Source: a virus. From it: a DNA stretch of 64,000 nt. The notes below the pieces were generated by a model that made no database searches, had not been told where the DNA came from, and saw only the letters and a list, made by a program, of their open reading frames with translations. Where the stretch lies: the IMG/VR virus record IMGVR_UViG_3300021963_000030; one strand, written 5' to 3'. The position numbers were made by a program, and so were the translations under genes. Numbering within the stretch: position 1 is the stretch's first letter; each line of letters opens with the position of its first letter. This document shows positions 34,087 through 43,526 of the stretch, in pieces.

Positions 34087-35958
34087 ATGAAGTTCAACTC
34101 AATTATAAACGATGTTTGTTGTGACAGTCGTATAAAAGATGGCGTGTTGAGGCTCGAATTGCCTGAACACGTTTTTGTGTTACAAGAATACTTGGAGAAG
34201 GCTGGGTTTTCGATTGAAACGGTAGTCAACAAGACAGCTAAGTTATTTGAAGCAGGTCGCTTTCCAGAACGTCAAGCATATAATAAAGATGGTATATTGG
34301 TTACATTTCCAAGCAAAGAATATCGTGATCGTGCCGTAGATAAAGGAACACACTTTGCAGAGAACCCGAAGAAAAATACAGGAACTTTGTTTTCACCCAC
34401 TGACACTGGAGGATTGTCAACCGCTGATATTGAGAAAACCGACACTGGTGAAGAAAAAGCAGACTCAGATAAATCTGACACAGTATCTCTTGACAAGGAG
34501 TTGAACAAGAAAGTAACTGGTGATGACAAACAAGATGATCGTAGCACCAAAGAAAAGGTTCAAGATGCGGAAGCTGTATCTTCAATCCTTACTGGCGGAA
34601 CTCCGTTGATTAACCAACAAGTAGATGAATGTGATGATTGTGGTTGTGACGAGTGTGACAAAGAAGAATACACCATTGCCGAAGCAAAGAGATATGGTTT
34701 TTACAACAAAGGAATGTTGTGGTATGACTCTGATGGAAATTTGATTGGAGAACAAGTTTATAAGGAAAGTGTTGGACCAGTAATAATTGCTGAAGCAACT
34801 AAATGTAATGCTCAAAAAATGGAGTATTACATAAATGATGAAATTGGTGGAAAAAACAGCGGTGATACAGTTGCTAAACAAATTGCTGGTAAACTAAAGA
34901 AACAAGGTATAACTAAATCCACTGCTCTTGGAGATTTATCGTGTGATATCACAAACCCACTATTCACACAATTAAATGCTACTTCAAAGACCGATTTGAT
35001 TTTTGAAGGAAAGAAACGAATGAGAGCCAGTTTGAAAGCAAAAGGTGCTCAAATTTGTAGTGCGCAAAATGCCGAAGTAAACTCTGTGGTATCTGCTATA
35101 TTACAAGACACAGGTGAAGATAAAAAAGTAATGGAACAAGTTTCTGCATTCATCATTGATGGCTTACAAAAGAAGTTTTACATTGGACTCAAAGATGAAG
35201 TAAAAGAGAAACTACACAAATCATTGACATCCGCAATCAAGGGTGAAAAGAGTGTGCAAGAAATTAAAAAAGAAGTTAGTGATTTGGAAAGTATCATCAT
35301 ACAAAACAAACAATTTGTTAAAAGTGGTGTCATACCTGTGGATGTCGAAAAGGTAATGTTGACATTAAACAGTGTATTTGTTGGTCCTCATAGAAAACTT
35401 TTGATTGAAGAATTAGCAACAGGTAAACGTAGATTCCAACAAGGAAAGGCAGACTTTAGTGCCGATTGTATTGCTGATCACATGATGACATGGGATTGTA
35501 ATGCAGAATATCACTTGTATACAGTTTCTAAATTTATTGCTGATAACGATACCAACATATCATTTAGATTTTCAAACCGTGGTGGAGTTCGTGGTATTTC
35601 TATTCGTGGCGACATTAAACTAGAAGAAGTCAAGTTGGATGAAGGTATGATGGATATGTTGAAAGGTGTCGGCACCGCATTAACCGATTACTTTAGTGAT
35701 GTCTGGACCAGAATTAAATCACTAAGCGGCGAACTTAAAGAATTTTTTACTAAAGCGTGGGAGAATATCAAATCTGGGTTGCAGAGCTTATATGAGATGT
35801 TATTGCGATTCGCAAGATACCTAAAAGCGCTGGTAGTTGAAGGATGGGAACGATTCACAGAATTTTTAGGATTTGAGGGACATGCTGATGGTGCTTGGAA
35901 GTGGGAAATGCCAATATCATCGCAACAATCTCCTGTTGCTGAACCTACATTAACATGA
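34087..35958 (+). CDS. Large hypothetical virion protein with possible PD-(D/E)xK nuclease-like core
   Basis: ATG 5 nt after TATTTAT(34075); acidic linker; TSKTDLIF...RASLKAKGAQ segment. Confidence 0.4.
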   Translation: MKFNSIINDVCCDSRIKDGVLRLELPEHVFVLQEYLEKAGFSIETVVNKTAKLFEAGRFPERQAYNKDGILVTFPSKEYRDRAVDKGTHFAENPKKNTGTLFSPTDTGGLSTADIEKTDTGEEKADSDKSDTVSLDKELNKKVTGDDKQDDRSTKEKVQDAEAVSSILTGGTPLINQQVDECDDCGCDECDKEEYTIAEAKRYGFYNKGMLWYDSDGNLIGEQVYKESVGPVIIAEATKCNAQKMEYYINDEIGGKNSGDTVAKQIAGKLKKQGITKSTALGDLSCDITNPLFTQLNATSKTDLIFEGKKRMRASLKAKGAQICSAQNAEVNSVVSAILQDTGEDKKVMEQVSAFIIDGLQKKFYIGLKDEVKEKLHKSLTSAIKGEKSVQEIKKEVSDLESIIIQNKQFVKSGVIPVDVEKVMLTLNSVFVGPHRKLLIEELATGKRRFQQGKADFSADCIADHMMTWDCNAEYHLYTVSKFIADNDTNISFRFSNRGGVRGISIRGDIKLEEVKLDEGMMDMLKGVGTALTDYFSDVWTRIKSLSGELKEFFTKAWENIKSGLQSLYEMLLRFARYLKALVVEGWERFTEFLGFEGHADGAWKWEMPISSQQSPVAEPTLT

Positions 35959-36350
35959 TTCAAAAACAACTACTTTGCACATTTTCAGATAGCAACAAAT
36001 ATTTGTCGGTCGTAGAAGACATCAAAAAAACCTACGAAATGGCAGATAACAAAATCTTCGTGTTTGCTAATGAAAAAAATCTTCGGGAAATATACCTAAC
36101 ATTCAATATTGTCAAAAATGTTGATTCTAAGATCAAGTATCCAAACACCATAAGCGTTCATAGAAAGAAACAAACTAACACGCTTTATACTCTCAATGCG
36201 ATGAACAGATTGATTGAAGATGAGAACAATGGTGTGTTTGATAAAACGTTTCAATTGAACTGGGAATTGTATCAAAACAGCATCATTTTGATAGCTGATC
36301 CTGGTGTAAAAATTGTTGGATTAAAGTTGTTTTCTGTGCTTTCGTGGTGA
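35955..36350 (+). CDS. Conserved hypothetical protein upstream of SSB
   Basis: QLLCTF...KIFVF...TFN...TI.VHRKKQTNTLYTLNA.N.LI; ATGA overlap. Confidence 0.55.
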   Translation: MIQKQLLCTFSDSNKYLSVVEDIKKTYEMADNKIFVFANEKNLREIYLTFNIVKNVDSKIKYPNTISVHRKKQTNTLYTLNAMNRLIEDENNGVFDKTFQLNWELYQNSIILIADPGVKIVGLKLFSVLSW

Positions 36351-36364
36351 TATGTATTTATACC

Positions 36365-36393
36365 TTGACGGTCTTCTGCACATCGTGTAGAGT
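36365..36393 (+). promoter_or_regulatory. Sigma70-like promoter for ssb
   Basis: TTGACG-N17-TAGAGT with TG extension. Confidence 0.5.
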
Positions 36394-36404
36394 GTTGTCA
36401 TGGT

Positions 36405-36487
36405 GATTCGTTACGAATCTTAATTTAAGTGAATTAAGACTACTTAACTAATTAACCGTTAAACTAATTAAATAATTAAACTAATTA
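36405..36487 (+). promoter_or_regulatory. Putative SSB autoregulatory translational operator
   Basis: Hairpin gattcg-tta-cgaatc (36405-36419) followed by an AT-rich leader with AACTAATTA at 36446, 36462 and 36479. Confidence 0.55.
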
Positions 36488-37371
36488 TGGCACTAAATAT
36501 ATCGCAGTTAAAGAGTCGCTTGAACTCCCTTTCAAGCCAAGGTTCTGGAAACAGTAAGAAGAATGACGTTCTCTGGAAGCCTAATCCCGGTAAGCAAGTT
36601 GTTCGTATTGTTCCCTATAAGTTCAATCCCGAGAATCCGTTTATCGAACTCAAGTTCCACTATAACATCAATGGTAAGACCTATTTGTCTCCTGACAGCT
36701 TTGGTCGTCCAGATCCTATCGTGGAGTTTGCTAATCGTCTCAAGAAGACTGGTTCTAAGGAAGATTGGCAGATGGGTCGTAAGATGGAACCCAAGATGCG
36801 CACATTCGCTCCGGTGATCGTTCGTGGTCAAGAGAGTGAAGGTGTCAAGTTCTGGGGATTCGGCAAGACCGTGTATCAAGAGCTTGTTTCTGTGTGTCTT
36901 GATCCAGAGTATGGTGATATTACTGATCCCGCCAATGGTCGTGACATTACTATCGAATTCAAGACTGCCGAAGAGACTGGTAAGAGTTTCCCAGAAACCA
37001 CAGTTCGTGTGAAGCCAAACGTCACTCCGGCTGTTGATCCTAAGAATCCTCAACTTATTGAGTCTCTTAAGAATCAGACCAACATCCTAGACTTGTTCCC
37101 AGAGTTGTCTTATGATGAACTCAAGGACGTTATGGATAAGTGGTTGAATCCAGAGACCGCAGGTGAAGTTGAAGTTCCTGCCGGAACCGAGACTGACGAG
37201 GCTGTTGCCGAAGCTCCCGCCAAGGTTGTTCAGGCAGCTATCGCATCTAAGCCTACTGTCGCACCAAAGGCAGAAGCTAAGAAGGCTCCGTTTGTTTCTC
37301 CTACGGCAAAGAAGTCAGCTGGTCAATCTACTGATGTAGAGAAGGCTTTTGACGATTTGTTCAACTCCTAA
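36487..37371 (+). CDS. Single-stranded DNA-binding protein (T4 gp32-like)
   Basis: WKP..G...VRI.P, FHY, DPI.E, GVKFW.FGK..Y, DITD...GRD; acidic tip AFDDLFNS. Confidence 0.85.
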   Translation: MALNISQLKSRLNSLSSQGSGNSKKNDVLWKPNPGKQVVRIVPYKFNPENPFIELKFHYNINGKTYLSPDSFGRPDPIVEFANRLKKTGSKEDWQMGRKMEPKMRTFAPVIVRGQESEGVKFWGFGKTVYQELVSVCLDPEYGDITDPANGRDITIEFKTAEETGKSFPETTVRVKPNVTPAVDPKNPQLIESLKNQTNILDLFPELSYDELKDVMDKWLNPETAGEVEVPAGTETDEAVAEAPAKVVQAAIASKPTVAPKAEAKKAPFVSPTAKKSAGQSTDVEKAFDDLFNS

Positions 37372-37382
37372 AAACAATAAAT

Positions 37383-37417
37383 AAAGCCGGTGGAGTTTTT
37401 TATACCCCACCGGCTTT
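37383..37417 (+). terminator. Terminator hairpin after ssb
   Basis: aaagccggtgg / ccaccggcttt 11-bp stem. Confidence 0.7.
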
Positions 37418-37432
37418 CTAGTTATACACGTT

Positions 37433-38575
37433 ATGGCAAAAAAATCAAGTAGCGGACAAGATTCCAATAGAGACGATTTAATCGATTTACTCCAAACTGA
37501 GCTTAACAAGGCTAATAAGGATGGAGGAAAGATTGCGTATAAGTTGGATGAACAAGATAATCCCGCTGATATCACAGATTGGATCAGCACGGGTTCATCT
37601 ATTTTGGATTTAGCAATCAGCAATAGACCTCACGGTGGATTGCCGGTTGGTAAAATGGTGGAATTCAACGGCCTAGAAGGCACTGGTAAGAGTCTTGTCA
37701 GTGCGCATGTCGTGGCCGATACTCAGAGAAAGGGTGGTGTAGCAGTTATTATCGATACCGAGAATGCTGCTGCCCCTGAGTTCTGGAAGAGCCTTGGTGT
37801 AAATCTATCTAAACTTCTGTATGTTCAATGTGAAACCGTCGAGGACATTTTTGAACAGATGGAGAAGATGATTGCAATTGTGAGAAAGTCCAACAAGGAT
37901 CGTATTCTTACAATCATCGTTGACTCTGTGGCAGCTGCTTCTACAAAGGCAGAACTAGAGAGTGAACATGGCAAGGATGGTTATGCAACTGGTAAGAGTA
38001 TTATTATCAGTAAGGCTATGAGAAAGATTACCAACATGATTGGAAAACAGAAGGTTCTCACTGTTTTCACCAATCAACTACGTCAAAATCTGAATGCTAT
38101 GGCATTTGGTGACAAGTATGTGGTGAGTGGTGGTAAGGCTCTGGCATATCATTGTAGTGTTCGTGTTCGTCTTAACAATACTGGTAAGCTCAAGAAGGGT
38201 GAGGAAATCATCGGTAATGAGTGTAAGGCAGTTGTTGTTAAGAATCGTATGGGTCCGCCCAATCGTCTCGCCAATTTCGATATCTACTATGATAGTGGAA
38301 TTGCCGACTATAGCAGTTGGATTAAAGTTCTCAAGGACAACAATCTGATCAAACAAGGTGGTGCATATTATACCTATCAAAAGGATGATGGCACCGAGTG
38401 GAAGTTTCAATCTAAGGATTTTATTTCCACACTACAAACTGAAACAAAGCTCAAGGAAGAAATTTACTTGAAGATTTGTGACGCAGTTGTTATGAAATAC
38501 AAAGACCCAAACAGCAAGATTGTAGAAGACGCAGAAGTGTCCTCTGATGAAGAAGACGCCGGTGCTGAAGAATAA
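37433..38575 (+). CDS. uvsX: RecA/UvsX recombinase
   Basis: ISTGS..LD.AI...GGLP.G...E..GLEGTGKS, IDTENA, VDSVAA, FTNQLR, SGGKAL.YH.SVR, KNR.GPP. Confidence 0.92.
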   Translation: MAKKSSSGQDSNRDDLIDLLQTELNKANKDGGKIAYKLDEQDNPADITDWISTGSSILDLAISNRPHGGLPVGKMVEFNGLEGTGKSLVSAHVVADTQRKGGVAVIIDTENAAAPEFWKSLGVNLSKLLYVQCETVEDIFEQMEKMIAIVRKSNKDRILTIIVDSVAAASTKAELESEHGKDGYATGKSIIISKAMRKITNMIGKQKVLTVFTNQLRQNLNAMAFGDKYVVSGGKALAYHCSVRVRLNNTGKLKKGEEIIGNECKAVVVKNRMGPPNRLANFDIYYDSGIADYSSWIKVLKDNNLIKQGGAYYTYQKDDGTEWKFQSKDFISTLQTETKLKEEIYLKICDAVVMKYKDPNSKIVEDAEVSSDEEDAGAEE

Positions 38576-38577
38576 TC

Positions 38578-39645
38578 ATGAGTGGATTTACTTCCAACGA
38601 GAAGAAAAGATTGTTCTCTCTGTTTGAGAACATCAAAGAGGATGTTGGGGTTAGTGGCCTTCAAAAAACCACCAACTCCGACATCCTCATCGTAGACGGT
38701 CTAAATACCTTTATTAGATCGTTTATGGCGGTTCCATCTATGAATGACGATGGAATGCACACGGGTGGCATCGCTGGATTCTTGAAGAGTGTTGGTTATG
38801 CCATCAAACTCTTGAATCCTACCCGTGTTATTGTTGTATTTGATGGTAACGGCGGAAGCCAGAAACGTCGTAAGATTTATCCAGAATACAAAAAGGGACG
38901 TAAGACTCGTATCAAGTTCAACAGAACCTACGATGAAATGTCTAGTAGTGACATTGAACAAAAGAATCTCAAGATGGAACTTTTGAGGTTGGTCAATTAT
39001 CTTGAAGTATTACCAATTACAGTAATGGCAATTGATAATATTGAGGCAGATGATACTATTGCTTACTTGGCTGAACAAACATTCAAGGATAGTAATGTTA
39101 CCATCATGTCTTCTGACAAAGATTTCCTACAGTTGGCTAGTGACAAAATCAAAATTTGGAGTCCTACCAAGAAGAAGATCTTTGGCTGCAAAGAAATTGT
39201 AGACGAGTATGGTATCACTTGTAATAACTTTATCTTCTATAGGTCTATGGAAGGTGATGATAGTGATAATATTCCAGGCATCAATGGTGCCGGGTTAAAA
39301 ACCATTTTGAAGTGTTTTCCGTTTTTGGCAGACGAACGTCAAACTTCGTTGCAAGAAATCTACAATTATGCCGAAAACAACAAGAGCAAGTATAAGCTCT
39401 ATGAAAAAGTATTGAGTGAGAAATTGACTCTTGAAAGAAACTATGAGTTAATGCAGTTGAAAGACACGCAGATTCAGTCTTTCACTCAACTACGTATCGA
39501 GGAAATTATCCAAAAGCCAGTTCCCCATATTAATAAACTGGCCTTCAGCAAGTTGATCAATGAGGATAAGATGTGGAGTAACCTACCTAACTACATGGTA
39601 TGGTTGAATGAGACTTGGGGCAAGGTCAACAGTTTTGTAATCTAA
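38578..39645 (+). CDS. rnh: 5'-3' exonuclease / RNase H (FEN family)
   Basis: LIVDGLN, VFDG, YK.GR, IEADDTIA, SSDKDFLQL, GD.SDNIPGI.G.G.KT. Confidence 0.88.
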   Translation: MSGFTSNEKKRLFSLFENIKEDVGVSGLQKTTNSDILIVDGLNTFIRSFMAVPSMNDDGMHTGGIAGFLKSVGYAIKLLNPTRVIVVFDGNGGSQKRRKIYPEYKKGRKTRIKFNRTYDEMSSSDIEQKNLKMELLRLVNYLEVLPITVMAIDNIEADDTIAYLAEQTFKDSNVTIMSSDKDFLQLASDKIKIWSPTKKKIFGCKEIVDEYGITCNNFIFYRSMEGDDSDNIPGINGAGLKTILKCFPFLADERQTSLQEIYNYAENNKSKYKLYEKVLSEKLTLERNYELMQLKDTQIQSFTQLRIEEIIQKPVPHINKLAFSKLINEDKMWSNLPNYMVWLNETWGKVNSFVI

Positions 39646-39658
39646 CAAGTATAATAAG

Positions 39659-39687
39659 TTGTAGATGCTACGCATGTAGTGTAGCAT
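39659..39687 (+). promoter_or_regulatory. Sigma70-like promoter for helicase, overlapped by an inverted repeat
   Basis: TTGTAG-N17-TAGCAT; atgctac/gtagcat arms at 39665-39687. Confidence 0.4.
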
Positions 39688-39711
39688 TGTATTTCAACAA
39701 GAAAGTAACAC

Positions 39712-41097
39712 ATGAGCGAAAAAGTAATTATCGACAACCTAAAGAAATTCGGAAGTGAATTCCAAATCAAATGTATCTCTGGATTGGTATCCGACCGTCC
39801 ATTCATCGAACGACTCGCAGACATTGTAGAAGCAGAATTCTTTGAGAATGAAGCACATCGTTGGATTGTCAAGGAAAGTATCAGTTACTTCAACGAGTAT
39901 CGTGATCTACCTTCACTCAATGTATTTAAGGTGAGACTTGAGACCGTTTCCAACGAAGCTCTCAAGGCAAGTATCGTCAATAACCTCAAAGTCGTTTATC
40001 AAAAGATGAACGATGGTGATTTGGTCTTCATCAAGGAACAGTTTCTTGAATTCTGTAAGAATCAGAAGTTGAAGAATGCCATCAACGAAGCAGTTGACCT
40101 TTTGGTGACTGGTGAGTATGAGAAGATCAAGAGCAAGGTTGACGAGGCTCTCAAGGCGGGTATGGAACGTAATCTTGGTCATTCATACGAAGAAGACGTT
40201 GAGAAACGTATGACTGTGATGGCTCGTAATTCAATCAAGACCAATTGGGATGTGATTGATGCACTAATGGATGGTGGTCTTGGACCCGGCGAACTTGGTA
40301 TTATTACGGCTTGTGCCGGTAGTGGTAAGAGTTGGGTCTTGAGTAAGATCGGTGCAGAGGCGATGAAGCAAGGCAAGAATGTTCTTCACTTCACTTTGGA
40401 GTTGAATGAAAACTATGTGGGGCTTCGTTATGACTCATGTTTCACGGGTATTGACTTCCAGAATATTCGTAACAATGTATCAGTTGTTAAGGAAAAGATT
40501 GGTCAAGTGCCTGGTAAGTTGAAAATTAAGTATTTTCCTATCAAAACTGTGTCTGCTCATAGTTTGAAGTCACATTGTGAACGTATTCAGACGTTGGGAA
40601 CTAAGATTGACATGATTATTGTTGACTACGCTGATATTCTACGTCCTATTCATAGTGAACGTAACAGTAATAGTTATCAAGAAGCTGGTGGTATTTATGA
40701 AGAACTTCGTAGTATTGCCGGTGAACTTCAAGTTCCTATTTGGAGTGCTTCACAAAGTAACCGTGCCGCAATGGATGAAGATATTATTCAGGCAAATAAC
40801 ATCGCAGACAGTTATCGTAAGATTATGACGGCTGACTTTGTTATGTCACTAAGTCGTAAAGTTACCGATAAAGTCAACAATACTGCACGATTTCACATTA
40901 TCAAGAATCGATTTGGTCCTGATGGTTTGACATTCCCAAGCAAAATGAATGCAGGATGTGGTCAGATCGAAATATTCAGTGAATCTTCTAGAGAAGGTAT
41001 GGCACTTCAGAACGAAATGATGGATGGTGAAAACCAAGTCAAAAAGATTTTGAAGAATAAATGGAATGCCCATACAAGCGACGATGATGAGGAATAA
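39712..41097 (+). CDS. DnaB-like replicative helicase (T4 gp41-like)
   Basis: GGLGPGELG...AGSGKS, FTLELNE, IVDYAD, SASQSNR, IADSYRK...AD, IIKNRFG. Confidence 0.9.
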   Translation: MSEKVIIDNLKKFGSEFQIKCISGLVSDRPFIERLADIVEAEFFENEAHRWIVKESISYFNEYRDLPSLNVFKVRLETVSNEALKASIVNNLKVVYQKMNDGDLVFIKEQFLEFCKNQKLKNAINEAVDLLVTGEYEKIKSKVDEALKAGMERNLGHSYEEDVEKRMTVMARNSIKTNWDVIDALMDGGLGPGELGIITACAGSGKSWVLSKIGAEAMKQGKNVLHFTLELNENYVGLRYDSCFTGIDFQNIRNNVSVVKEKIGQVPGKLKIKYFPIKTVSAHSLKSHCERIQTLGTKIDMIIVDYADILRPIHSERNSNSYQEAGGIYEELRSIAGELQVPIWSASQSNRAAMDEDIIQANNIADSYRKIMTADFVMSLSRKVTDKVNNTARFHIIKNRFGPDGLTFPSKMNAGCGQIEIFSESSREGMALQNEMMDGENQVKKILKNKWNAHTSDDDEE

Positions 41098-41105
41098 TCC
41101 ATAGT

Positions 41106-41171
41106 GTGCCGTTATAAAAAACCTGACAAAAAAAGTTTCAAAAAGTTTCGTCAGAGAGTTTATAACGGCAC
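41106..41171 (+). other. Long interrupted inverted repeat upstream of nrdA
   Basis: gtgccgttataaa / tttataacggcac (13 bp), inner ctgac/gtcag stem, loop containing aaaaagtttc twice. Confidence 0.8.
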
Positions 41172-41210
41172 TTCCCAGTCATAATTATTTATCACCATTG
41201 TAACAAATTT

Positions 41211-43508
41211 ATGAACAAAGAGATTTTTATTAAAAAGCGTAACGGTAAGGTAGAAAAATTCAGTGCAGACAAAATCAATAAGGTCTTGCAATGGGCTACT
41301 GAAGATGTTAAGGGAGTTAGCTTTGAAGAAGTAGCAATGAATGCACACTTGTCGTTCTTTGATGGAATGACCACTAAGGATATTCATGCCATGTTGATCG
41401 AAGCAGCTGCAAATTTGATTAGTGAAGAAAAGTCTAACTATCAATATGTTGCTTCTAGACTTTTGAACTATAGTCTGAGAAAAGAAGTTTGGGGAGGTAA
41501 GAATCCACCCAAGTTGTATGATCTTGTCAAGGCAAATATAGAACATCTTGTATATGATGACCAAATCCTAGATTGGTATAGTAAGCAAGAGTTTGACAAG
41601 TTGGACGAGTATCTTAAACATGATCGTGATTTCAACTTCACATATGCTGGTATCAAACAATTGTGTGACAAATACCTTGTGCAAAATAGGTCTGTCAAAA
41701 AGTTGTATGAGACTCCTCAGTTTGCATACATGTTGATCGCAATGACGTTCTTTAAGGACTATAAAGAAGGTCGTTTGGATTTGGTCAAGAAGGCTTACAA
41801 TTACTTCAGTAAGCACAAGATCAATCTACCAACTCCTATCATGGCTGGTGTGAGAACTCCTATGAAGAGTTATGCTTCATGTTCTCTATTCACAGTTGAC
41901 GATACCCTCAAGAGTATTTTTAGTAACAACAGTGCAGTTGGTTATGCTACTGCAAGTCGTTATGGCATTGGTCTTAACTTGAGTCGTTTGCGTGCTACAA
42001 ACGCACCTATTCGTAACGGTGAAGTTATTCACACTGGTCCAATTCCATTTGCCAAGGCATTTGAGTCTACTGTAAAGAGCTGTCATCAGAATGGTATTCG
42101 TGGTGGAAGTGCAACCGTGAACTTTGCTTGGTTCCATTATGATATTATGGACATTCTTGTATTGAAGAACAATGCTGGAACTGATGACAACCGTGTTCGT
42201 AAGTTGGACTATTGTATTGGTCTTGACAAGTTGATCTTTGAACGTTTCTTGCAAAACAAGGACGTTACATTGTTCAGTTACCATGAATGTGCTTCACTTT
42301 GGAATAGTTTTGGCTTTGCTGATTTTAAGGAGAAGTATGAAAAGGCTGAGGCTAATAAGAATATTAAGTTCAAGAAGAAGGTGTCTGCCCGTGATTTGAT
42401 GATGCTTTTGGCAAAGGAACGTCTTGAGACTGGTCGTATTTATACTATGTTTGTTGACCATGCTAATGATCACGGCAGTTGGTTGGAACAAGTAGATACA
42501 AGTAATCTGTGTCTTGAAGTTAATCATCCTTTGATTCCTATCGAAGATGTCAATGATAAGAATGGTGAAATTGGCGTTTGTATTCTCGCTGCCGTTAACT
42601 GGATGGAAATCAAGGACGATGAAGAAATGAAGAGCGTTTGTGATGTTATTGTCAGAATGTTGGATTCTCTCATTGAACATCAAAACTACTTTGTGCCTGC
42701 TGCTGAAAACTTTGCCAAGAAACGTCGTAGTCTCGGCGTTGGTGTAAGTAACTTGGCTGCTTATCTTGCCCGTGAAGGTGTCAAGTATTGGGACAAGAAG
42801 GCTCCTAACCTTGTTGCCAAGATGATGGAGAAGCAGAGTTTCTATTTGATTGAAGCGTCCATTCAGATGGCAAAGGAACTTGGTAAGTGTGAGAAGTTTG
42901 ACAAAACAAAGTTTAGTCAAGGTGTGCTTCCAATTGATACTTATAAGAAGGATGTTGATGAATTTATCACAGAGAAGCTTCATTGTGATTGGGAAGCTCT
43001 TCGTGAGGAAATCAAGAAGTATGGAATGCGTCATTCTACGTTGACTGCTTGTATGCCTGTGGAATCAAGTAGTGTTATTCAGAGTTCTACCAATGGTATT
43101 GAACCACCTCGTAGTTTGATTAGTTTTAAGGGAAGTAAGAGCAACATCTTGCCAGTGGTTGTGCCGGGTATTGATAAGTTTAAGGAACACTATACTTTTG
43201 CTTTTGATATGCCAAACAACGAAGGATATCTCAAGGTAGCAGCTGCTATTCAGAAGTTTACTGATATGAGCATCAGCACTAACACATATTACATACCTTC
43301 TAGATATCCTAACAACAAGGTTCCAGTTCAAGAGGTCATTAAAGATATGATGTTGGCCTACAAGTATGGAATTAAGAATTTGTATTACGCAAATACTGAC
43401 GATGGCGACAAACAGACCGCCATGGAACACAAAAAGGTCGAGGCAACCAAGCCAGAGCCAAAGATCGAACAAGAAAGTGGTTGTGCTAGTGGCGCATGCG
43501 CCCTATAA
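41211..43508 (+). CDS. nrdA: Ribonucleotide reductase class Ia alpha subunit with ATP cone
   Basis: IKKRNG ATP cone, PTPIMAG, SCS, TSNLCLE, CILAAVN, MPVESSS, STNGIEP, C-terminal CASGAC. Confidence 0.96.
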   Translation: MNKEIFIKKRNGKVEKFSADKINKVLQWATEDVKGVSFEEVAMNAHLSFFDGMTTKDIHAMLIEAAANLISEEKSNYQYVASRLLNYSLRKEVWGGKNPPKLYDLVKANIEHLVYDDQILDWYSKQEFDKLDEYLKHDRDFNFTYAGIKQLCDKYLVQNRSVKKLYETPQFAYMLIAMTFFKDYKEGRLDLVKKAYNYFSKHKINLPTPIMAGVRTPMKSYASCSLFTVDDTLKSIFSNNSAVGYATASRYGIGLNLSRLRATNAPIRNGEVIHTGPIPFAKAFESTVKSCHQNGIRGGSATVNFAWFHYDIMDILVLKNNAGTDDNRVRKLDYCIGLDKLIFERFLQNKDVTLFSYHECASLWNSFGFADFKEKYEKAEANKNIKFKKKVSARDLMMLLAKERLETGRIYTMFVDHANDHGSWLEQVDTSNLCLEVNHPLIPIEDVNDKNGEIGVCILAAVNWMEIKDDEEMKSVCDVIVRMLDSLIEHQNYFVPAAENFAKKRRSLGVGVSNLAAYLAREGVKYWDKKAPNLVAKMMEKQSFYLIEASIQMAKELGKCEKFDKTKFSQGVLPIDTYKKDVDEFITEKLHCDWEALREEIKKYGMRHSTLTACMPVESSSVIQSSTNGIEPPRSLISFKGSKSNILPVVVPGIDKFKEHYTFAFDMPNNEGYLKVAAAIQKFTDMSISTNTYYIPSRYPNNKVPVQEVIKDMMLAYKYGIKNLYYANTDDGDKQTAMEHKKVEATKPEPKIEQESGCASGACAL

Positions 43509-43526
43509 TGAGGAAGGAAGATAAAC

